Positions 55,300-64,000 of a DNA stretch of 64,000 bases are shown one piece after another. The notes beneath the pieces were generated by a model, which was not told where the DNA came from, did not search any database, and saw only the letters and a list, made by a program, of their open reading frames with translations. The stretch is from Sminthopsis crassicaudata (taxonomy: Eukaryota). The DNA lies in the NCBI RefSeq assembly GCF_048593235.1, contig NC_133619.1, positions 651,908,558 through 651,972,557 of the forward strand, in the 5' to 3' direction. Within the stretch, counting starts at the first letter, position 1. Every line of letters starts with the position of its first letter. Both the position numbers and the translations under genes were made by a program.

Positions 55300-56480
55300 T
55301 GGTCCTGTGATGGAGAGAGCCATCTGCAGCCAGAGAGGATTGTGGGAACTGAGTGTGGATCATAGTATTTGCGTCTTTTTTTTTTTTTGCTTGCATTTTG
55401 TTTTCTTTCTCATTTTTTTTCTTTTTTGATATGATTTTTCTTGTGCAGCACGATAATTGTGGAAATATGTCTAGAGGAGTTGTACATGTTTAACATATGT
55501 TGGATGACTTGCCATCTAGGGAAGTGGGTTGGGGGAAGGAGGGAAAAAATTTGGAACACAGGGTTTTGCAAGGGTGAATGTTGAAAATTATCCAGGTAAG
55601 ATGAAGACAATTTTCAGATGAAGAAATTGAAACTAGTCATCTGAGAAGATGCTCCAAGCCTCATTAATCAGAGAAATGCAAATTAAGACACCTCTGAGAT
55701 ACCACTACACCCCTGACTAACTGGCTAGAATGACAGGGAAAGATAATGCAGGCTGTTGGGGGGGATGTGGGAAAACAGGAACACTGATATGTTGTTGGTG
55801 GAACAGATCCAACATTCCGAAGAGCAATCTGGAATTGTGCCTAAAGGGCTATCAAACTGTGCGTACCCTTTGACCCAGCAGTGCTACTGCTGGGCTTCTA
55901 TCCAAAGGAGATCTTAACAAAGGGGAAGGGACCCGTATGTGCCAAAATGTCTGTGGCAGCTCTTTTTGTAGTGGCCACAAACTGGAAACTACGTGGATGC
56001 ATTAATTGGAGAATGGCTGAATAAATTGTGGTGTGTGAATGTTATGGAATATTATTGTTCTGTAAGAAACAACCAGCAGGAGGATTCAGAGAGGCCTGGA
56101 GAGACCGACAGGAACTGATGCTGAGGGAAGTGAGCAGGACCAGGAGATCGTTGTATACTTAAACAACGCTACTGTATGAGGATGGGTTCTGCTGGACGTG
56201 GCAAATCAGTTCCATTTGTTCAGTGATGAACAGAACCAGCCACATCCAGCGAAAGAACTCTGGGAAATGAGTGTGGACTGCTTGCGTTTCTGTTTTTCTT
56301 CCCAGGTTGTTTTTATTTTCTTTCGAAATCTGATTGTTCTTGTGCAGCAAGATAACTGTATAGATATGTCTACATATATTGTAGTTAACCTATACTTTAC
56401 CATGGTCTACCTGCCATCTGAGGGAGAGGTAGGGGGAAGGAAGGGAAAAGTTGGAACAGAAGGTTCCGCAAGGGTCAATG
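55300..56480 (+). mobile_element. Two L1 fragments (a 3'UTR, then a decayed ORF2 C-terminus plus 3'UTR)
   Basis: TTAATCAGAGAAATGCAAATTAAGACACCTCTGAGATACCACTACAC (IREMQIKT.LRYHYT) and GGATGTGGGAAAACAGGAACACTGAT are hallmark L1 ORF2 3' segments. Marsupial-type 3'UTR follows. Confidence 0.85.
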
Positions 56481-56513
56481 CTGACCCACGCCTATGTTTT
56501 GAAAATAAAGAGG

Positions 56514-56682
56514 GGGGCCGCTAGGGGGTGCCCTGGACAGAGCAGCAGCCCTGAAGTCAGGAGGAGCCGAGTTCAAATCCGGCCTCAGACACTTAGCACT
56601 TCCTGGCTGTGTGACCCTGGGCGAGTCACTTAACCCCAGCTAAAAAAAAACAAAAACAAAAACAAAATAAAAAAAAACAAAA
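56514..56682 (+). mobile_element. WSINE1-type SINE with A-rich tail
   Basis: GGGGCCGCTAGGGGGTGCCCTGGACAGAGC...GAGTTCAAATCCGGCCTCAGACACTTAGCACTTCC...TTAACCCCAGCT plus an (A5-9C)n tail. Confidence 0.88.
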
Positions 56683-57212
56683 CGGTGTTTGGGCCTCTTG
56701 GGATTGATTGGGGTGATTTATTCAGGGGATTCCTCTGAGGGAAGGCTCTGGAGAAGTCCCATGTAAGAGACAACGAGCTGGGTCTGGAAAAAAGACTAGA
56801 GATTCTGACGTGGAAAAGAGCGGAGGCACTTGGAGCTAATGGAAAGAGGCGCAGTGGGGAGGAGGGTCCCGCCTGCCCTGTGCACTTAAGGCTGGCTCAA
56901 AGGCAGCGGGGGCGGGGAGCCCGTTGTTAAATTGTCCCCGTGATCACTCACTCCGAAAGCACCAGACGCCACTGGGGATTAAACCTACGGGACCCCGGTT
57001 GTTCCCTCCGAGGCGCAGAGCCCCGCAGCCCTCGGGGACAGAGGCAGACCCTTTGTCCCGGCCGGCCGGCTTGGACTCGGGAGAACGCGGAAGCCACCGA
57101 CGTGGGCAGCTTCTGGGGCAGGATACTGTGCCCGTGGCGGCTGGTATAAGGGAATGGGGGGTGGGGGGAGCCTGGGGTCAGGGGCCGTCGTGTCTGAGGA
57201 AAGGTGTCGGGC

Positions 57213-60200
57213 TGTCTGTGTGCCCCCCTTCTCCCTGTGTGCCCCTCTTCTGTCTCTGTGCCCCCCTTCTGTCTGTGTGCCCCCCTCTTCTGTCTGTGTG
57301 CCCCCCTTCTCCCTGTGTGCCCCCCTCTTCTGTCTGTGTGCCCCCCTTCTGTCTCTGTGCCCCCCTTCTGTCTGTGTGCCCCCCCTTCTGTCTGTGTGCC
57401 CCCCTTCTGTCTCTGTGCCCCTCTTCTGTCTCTGTGCCCCCCTTCTGTCTGTGTGCCCCCCTCTTCTGTCTGTGTGCCCCCCTTCTCCCTGTGTGCCCCC
57501 CTCTTCTGTCTGTGTGCCCCCCTTCTCCCTGTGTGCCCCCCTTCTGTCTGTGTGCCCCCCTTCTCCCTGTGTGCCCCCCTTCTGTCTGTGTGCCCCCCTT
57601 CTCCCTGTGTGCCCCCCTTCTGTCTGTGTGCCCCCCTTCTCCCTGTGTGCCCCCTCTTCTGTCTGTGTGCCCCCCTTCTGTCTGTGTGCCCCCCCCTTCT
57701 GTCTGTGTGCCCCCCTTCTGTCTGTGTGCCCCCCCTTCTGTCTGTGTGCCCCCCTTCTGTCTGTGTGCCCCCCTTCTGTCTGTGTGCCCCCCTTCTGTCT
57801 GTGTGCCCCCCCCTTCTGTCTCTGTGCCCCCTCTTCTGTCTCTGTGCCCCCCTTCTGTCTGTGTGCCCCCTCTTCTGTCTCTGTGCCCCTCTTCTGTCTG
57901 TGTGCCCCCTCTTCTGTCTGTATGCCCCCCTCTTCTGTCTGTGTGCCCCCCTTCTGTCTGTATGCCCCCCTCTTCTGTCTGTATGCCCCCCTCTTCTGTC
58001 TCTGTGCCCCCCTTCTGTCTGTGTGCCCCCTCTTCTGTCTCTGTGCCCCTCTTCCGTCTGTGTGCCCCCTCTTCTGTCTGTATGCCCCCCTCTTCTGTCT
58101 GTGTGCCCCCCTTCTGTCTGTGTGCCCCCCTTCTGTCTGTGTGCCCCCCCCTTCTGTCTGTGTGCCCCCCCTTCTCCCTGTGTGCCCCCCCTTCTGTCTG
58201 TGTGCCCCCCTTCTGTCTGTGTGCCCCCCCTTCTGTCTGTGTGCCCCCCTTCTGTCTGTGTGCCCCCCTTCTGCCTGTGTGCCCCCCTTCTGTCTGTGTG
58301 CCCCCTCTTCTGTCTGTGTGCCCCCCTTCTCCCTGTGTGCCCCCCTTCTGTCTGTGTGCCCCCTTCTGTCTGTGTGCCCCCTCTTCTGTCTCTGTGCCCC
58401 CCCTTCTGTCTGTGTGCCCCCTCTTCTGCCTGTGTGCCCCCCTTCTGTCTGTGTGCCCCCCTTCTCCCTGTGTGCCCCCCTTCTGTCTCTGTGCCCCCCT
58501 TCTCCCTGTGTGCCCCCCTTCTGTCTGTGTGCCCCTCTTCTGTCTGTGTGCCCCCCTTCTGTCTGTGTGCCCCCCTTCTGTCTGTGTGCCCCCTCTTCTG
58601 TCTCTGTGCCCCCCTTCTGTCTGTATGCCCCCCTCTTCTGTCTCTGTGCCCCTCTTCTGTCTGTGTGCCCCCCTTCTGTCTGTGTGCCCCCCTTCTGTCT
58701 GTGTGCCCCCTCTTCTGTCTGTATGCCCCCCTCTTCTGTCTCTGTGCCCCCCTTCTGTCTGTATGCCCCCCTCTTCTGTCTCTGTGCCCCTCTTCTGTCT
58801 GTGTGCCCCCCCTTCTGTCTGTATGCCCCCCCCTTCTGTCTGTGTGCCCCCCTTCTGTCTGTGTGCCCCCTCTTCTGTCTGTGTGCCCCCCTTCTCCCTG
58901 TGTGCCCCCCTCTTCTGTCTGTGTGCCCCCCTTCTGTCTCTGTGCCCCCCTTCTGTCTGTGTGCCCCCCCTTCTGTCTGTGTGCCCCCCTTCTGTCTCTG
59001 TGCCCCTCTTCTGTCTCTGTGCCCCCCTTCTGTCTGTGTGCCCCCCTCTTCTGTCTGTGTGCCCCCCTTCTCCCTGTGTGCCCCCCTCTTCTGTCTGTGT
59101 GCCCCCCTTCTCCCTGTGTGCCCCCCTTCTGTCTGTGTGCCCCCCTTCTCCCTGTGTGCCCCCCTTCTGTCTGTGTGCCCCCCTTCTCCCTGTGTGCCCC
59201 CCTTCTGTCTGTGTGCCCCCCTTCTCCCTGTGTGCCCCCTCTTCTGTCTGTGTGCCCCCCTTCTGTCTGTGTGCCCCCCCCTTCTGTCTGTGTGCCCCCC
59301 TTCTGTCTGTGTGCCCCCCCTTCTGTCTGTGTGCCCCCCTTCTGTCTGTGTGCCCCCCTTCTGTCTGTGTGCCCCCCTTCTGTCTGTGTGCCCCCCCCTT
59401 CTGTCTCTGTGCCCCCTCTTCTGTCTCTGTGCCCCCCTTCTGTCTGTGTGCCCCCTCTTCTGTCTCTGTGCCCCTCTTCTGTCTGTGTGCCCCCTCTTCT
59501 GTCTGTATGCCCCCCTCTTCTGTCTGTGTGCCCCCCTTCTGTCTGTATGCCCCCCTCTTCTGTCTGTATGCCCCCCTCTTCTGTCTCTGTGCCCCCCTTC
59601 TGTCTGTGTGCCCCCTCTTCTGTCTCTGTGCCCCTCTTCCGTCTGTGTGCCCCCTCTTCTGTCTGTATGCCCCCCTCTTCTGTCTGTGTGCCCCCCTTCT
59701 GTCTGTGTGCCCCCCTTCTGTCTGTGTGCCCCCCCCTTCTGTCTGTGTGCCCCCCCTTCTCCCTGTGTGCCCCCCCTTCTGTCTGTGTGCCCCCCTTCTG
59801 TCTGTGTGCCCCCCCTTCTGTCTGTGTGCCCCCCTTCTGTCTGTGTGCCCCCCTTCTGTCTGTGTGCCCCCCTTCTCCCTGTGTGCCCCCCTTCTGTCTC
59901 TGTGCCCCCCTTCTCCCTGTGTGCCCCCCTTCTGTCTGTGTGCCCCTCTTCTGTCTGTGTGCCCCCCTTCTGTCTGTGTGCCCCCCTTCTGTCTGTGTGC
60001 CCCCTCTTCTGTCTCTGTGCCCCCCTTCTGTCTGTATGCCCCCCTCTTCTGTCTCTGTGCCCCTCTTCTGTCTGTGTGCCCCCCTTCTGTCTGTGTGCCC
60101 CCCTTCTGTCTGTGTGCCCCCCTTCTGTCTGTGTGCCCCCTCTTCTGTCTGTATGCCCCCCTCTTCTGTCTCTGTGCCCCTCTTCTGTCTGTGTGCCCCC

Positions 60201-63200
60201 CCTTCTGTCTGTATGCCCCCCCCTTCTGTCTGTGTGCCCCCCTTCTGTCTCTGTGCCCCCCTTCTGTCTCTGTGCCCCCCTTCTGTCTCTGTGCCCCCCT
60301 TCTGTCTGTGTGCCCCCCCTTCTGTCTGTATGCCCCCCTCTTCTGTCTGTGTGCCCCCTCTTCTCCCTGTGTGCCCCCCTTCTGTCTCTGTGCCCCCCTT
60401 CTGTCTCTGTGCCCCCCTTCTGTCTGTGTGCCCCCTTCTGTCTGTGTGCCCCCTCTTCTGTCTGTGTGCCCCCTTCTCCCTGTGTGCCCCCTCTTCTGTC
60501 TGTGTGCCCCCCTCTTCTCCCTGTGTGCCCCCCCTTCTGTCTGTGTGCCCCCCTTCTGTCTGTGTGCCCCCCTTCTGTCTGTGTGCCCCGCTTCTGTCTG
60601 TGTGCCCCCCTTCTGTCTGTGTGCCCCGCTTCTGTCTGTGTGCCCCCCTTCTGTCTGTGTGCCCCCCTTCTGTCTGTGTGCCCCCTCTTCCGTCTGTGTG
60701 CCCCCTCTTCTCCCTGTGTGCCCCCCTTCTGTCTCTGTGCCCCCTCTTCTGTCTCTGTGCCCCTCTTCCGTCTGTGTGCCCCCTCTTCTGTCTGTGTGCC
60801 CCCCTTCTCCCTGTGTGCCCCCTCTTCTGTCTGTGTGCCCCCTCTTCTCCCTGTGTGCCCCCCTTCTCCCTGTGTGCCCCCCTTCTGTCTGTGTGCCCCC
60901 CTTCTCCCTGTGTGCCCCCTCTTCTGTCTCTGTGCCCCCCTTCTGTCTCTGTGCCCCCCTTCTGTCTGTATGCCCCCCTCTTCTGTCTGTGTGCCCCCTC
61001 TTCTGTCTGTGTGCCCCCCCTTCTCCCTGTGTGCCCCCTCTTCTGTCTGTGTGCCCCCTCTTCTCCCTGTGTGCCCCCTCTTCTGTCTGTGTGCCCCCTC
61101 TTCTCCCTGTGTGCCCCCCTTCTCCCTGTGTGCCCCCCTTCTGTCTCTGTGCCCCCCTTCTGTCTCTGTGCCCCCCTTCTGTCTCTGTGCCCCCCTTCTG
61201 TCTGTGTGCCCCCTCTTCTGTCTGTGTGCCCCCCTTCTGTCTGTGTGCCCCCCTTCTGTCTGTGTGCCCCCCTTCTGTCTGTGTGCCCCCTCTTCTGTCT
61301 GTGTGCCCCCCCTTCTCCCTGTGTGCCCCCTCTTCTGCCTGTGTGCCCCCCTTCTGTCTGTGTGCCCCCCTTCTGTCTGTGTGCCCCCCTTCTGTCTGTG
61401 TGCCCCCCTTCTGTCTGTATGCCCCCCTCTTCTGTCTGTGTGCCCCCCTTCTGTCTGTGTGCCCCCCCCTTCTGTCTGTGTGCCCCCTCTTCTCCCTGTG
61501 TGCCCCCCTTCTGTCTCTGTGCCCCCTCTTCTGTCTCTGTGCCCCCTCTTCTGTCTGTGTGCCCCCTCTTCTGTCTGTGTGCCCCCCTTCTCCCTGTGTG
61601 CCCCCTCTTCTGTCTGTGTGCCCCCTCTTCTCCCTGTGTGCCCCCCTTCTGTCTCTGTGCCCCCCTTCTGTCTCTGTGCCCCCCTTCTGTCTGTATGCCC
61701 CCCTCTTCTGTCTGTGTGCCCCCCTTCTGTCTGTGTGCCCCCTCTTCTGTCTGTGTGCCCCCCTTCTGTCTGTGTGCCCCCCTTCTGTCTGTGTGCCCCC
61801 TCTTCTGTCTGTGTGCCCCCCCTTCTCCCTGTGTGCCCCCTCTTCTGCCTGTGTGCCCCCCTTCTGTCTGTGTGCCCCCCTTCTGTCTCTGTGCCCCCCT
61901 TCTCCCTGTGTGCCCCCCTTCTGTCTCTGTGCCCCCCTTCTGTCTCTGTGCCCCCCTTCTGTCTGTATGCCCCCCTCTTCTGTCTGTGTGCCCCCCTTCT
62001 GTCTGTGTGCCCCCCCCTTCTGTCTGTGTGCCCCCCTTCTGTCTGTGTGCCCCCCCTCTTCTGTCTGTGTGCCCCCTTCTGCCTGTGTGCCCCCCTTCTG
62101 TCTGTGTGCCCCCTCTTCTGTCTGTGTGCCCCCTCTTCTGCCTGTGTGCCCCCCTTCTGTCTGTGTGCCCCCCTTCTGTCTCTGTGCCCCCCTTCTCCCT
62201 GTGTGCCCCCCTTCTGTCTCTGTGCCCCCCTTCTGTCTCTGTGCCCCCCTTCTGTCTGTATGCCCCCCTCTTCTGTCTGTGTGCCCCCTTCTGTCTGTGT
62301 GCCCCCTCTTCTCCCTGTGTGCCCCCCTTCTGTCTGTGTGCCCCCTCTTCTCCCTGTGTGCCCCCCTTCTGTCTGTATGCCCCCTCTTCTGTCTGTGTGC
62401 CCCCTCTTCTGTCTGTGTGCCCCTCTTCTGTCTGTGTGCCCCCTTCTGTCTGTGTGCCCCCCTTCTGTCTCTGTGCCCCCCTTCTGTCTGTATGCCCCCC
62501 TCTTCTGTCTGTGTGCCCCCCTTCTCCCTGTGTGCCCCCTCTTCTGTCTGTGTGCCCCCTCTTCTCCCTGTGTGCCCCCCCTTCTGTCTGTGTGCCCCTC
62601 TTCTGTCTGTGTGCCCCCCTCTTCTGTCTGTGTGCCCCCCTTCTCCCTGTGTGCCCCCTCTTCTGTCTGTGTGCCCCCCTTCTGTCTCTGTGCCCCCCTT
62701 CTGTCTGTGTGCCCCCCTTCTGTCTGTGTGCCCCCCCTTCTGTCTGTGTGCCCCCCTTCTGTCTGTGTGCCCCCTTCTGTCTGTGTGCCCCCCTTCTGTC
62801 TGTGTGCCCCCCCTTCTGTCTGTGTGCCCCCCTTCTGTCTGTGTGCCCCCTCTTCTGTCTGTGTGCCCCCCTCTTCTGTCTGTGTGCCCCCCTTCTGTCT
62901 GTGTGCCCCCCCTTCTGCCTGTGTGCCCCCCTTCTGTCTGTGTGCCCCCTCTTCTGTCTGTGTGCCCCCTCTTCTCCCTGTGTGCCCCCCTTCTGTCTGT
63001 GTGCTCCCCTTCTGTCTGTGTGCCCCCCTTCTGTCTGTGTGCCCCCCCTTCTGTCTGTGTGCCCCCTCTTCTGTCTGTGTGCCCCCTCTTCTCCCTGTGT
63101 GCCCCCTCTTCTGTCTGTGTGCCCCCCTTCTGCCTGTGTGCCCCCTCTTCTCCCTGTGTGCCCCCTCTTCTCCCTGTGTGCCCCCTCTTCTGTCTGTGTG

Positions 63201-64000
63201 CCCCCCTTCTCCCTGTGTGCCCCCCCTTCTGTCTGTGTGCCCCCTCTTCTGTCTGTGTGCCCCCCTTCTGTCTCTGTGCCCCCCCTTCTGTCTGTGTGCC
63301 CCCTCTTCTCCCTGTGTGCCCCCTCTTCTGTCTGTGTGTCCCCCCTTCTGTCTGTGTGCCCCCCTTCTGTCTGTGTGCCCCCCTTCTGTCTGTGTGCCCC
63401 CTCTTCTGTCTGTGTGCCCCCCTTCTGTCTGTGTGCCCCCTTCTCCCTGTGTGCCCCCTCTTCTGTCTGTGTGCCCCCCTTCTGTCTGTGTGCCCCCTCT
63501 TCTGTCTGTGTGCCCCCTCTTCTGTCTGTGTGCCCCCCTTCTCCCTGTGTGCCCCCCCTTCTGTCTGTGTGCCCCCCTCTTCTGTCTCTGTGCCCCCCTT
63601 CTGTCTCTGTGCCCCCCTTCTCCCTGTGTGCCCCCCCTTCTGTCTGTGTGCCCCCCTTCTGCCTGTGTGCCCCCCTTCTGTCTGTGTGCCCCCCTTCTGT
63701 CTGTGTGCCCCCCTTCTCCCTGTGTGCCCCCCTTCTGTCTCTGTGCCCCCCTTCTGTCTGTATGCCCCCCTCTTCTGTCTCTGTGCCCCCCTTCTGTCTG
63801 TGTGCCCCCTCTTCTCCCTGTGTGCCCCCCTTCTGTCTGTGTGCCCCCTCTTCTGTCTCTGTGCCCCCTCTTCTCCCTGTGTGCCCCCTCTTCTGTCTGT
63901 GTGCCCCCCTTCTCCCTGTGTGCCCCCCCCTTCTGTCTGTGTGCCCCCTTCTGTCTCTGTGCCCCCCCTTCTGTCTGTGTGCCCCCTCTTCTGCCTGTGT
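57213..64000. repeat. Large pyrimidine-rich satellite (19-22 bp units, at least 6.8 kb, runs off the window)
   Basis: C(4-7)(T)CTTCT[GTCT|CCCT|GCCT][GT|CT]GTG repeated more than 300 times. Confidence 0.98.

Noticed and set aside
56514-56600. tRNA-like A/B boxes
   Set aside because: These are the tRNA-derived heads of SINEs with no cloverleaf, so no true tRNA gene is supported anywhere in the window.
53250-57210. Possible ATF5 or distal IL4I1 first exons in CpG-rich patches (about 54.5-55.1 kb and 56.9-57.2 kb)
   Set aside because: No recognisable coding or conserved UTR sequence, so they cannot be assigned without expression data.

Overview
Marsupial genomic DNA, probably Dasyuromorphia given the WSINE1-type SINEs and marsupial L1 3' ends. 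It is syntenic to human 19q13.33. Seven intact, very compact, GC-rich protein-coding genes were reconstructed by hand from splice sites, each giving a stop-free reading frame: AP2A1(+, 958 aa), FUZ(-, 427 aa), MED25(+, 758 aa), PNKP(-, 532 aa), AKT1S1(-, 256 aa), TBC1D17(+, 653 aa) and IL4I1(-, 506 aa). Most ORFs in the supplied track are artefacts of GC-rich or tandem-repeat DNA. Differences from the human locus (human comparisons are from recall and need checking): no PTOV1 between MED25 and PNKP; no NUP62 retrogene in the 14 kb upstream of IL4I1; fused exons in IL4I1 and AKT1S1; a 64-nt (frameshifting) AP2A1 neural exon that a tandem acceptor could rescue; a 3x13-aa SP-rich repeat in the PNKP linker; a periodic CCAAT array in the AKT1S1 3'UTR at the PNKP promoter position; and three tail-to-tail gene pairs with poly(A) signals 36-128 nt apart. 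The window also has a U12 AT-AC intron, several strand-skewed minisatellites, a satellite of at least 6.8 kb with a 1585-bp higher-order duplication, an AT-rich TE-derived left flank and a 344-nt N gap. No prokaryotic-type system (CRISPR etc.) is present.
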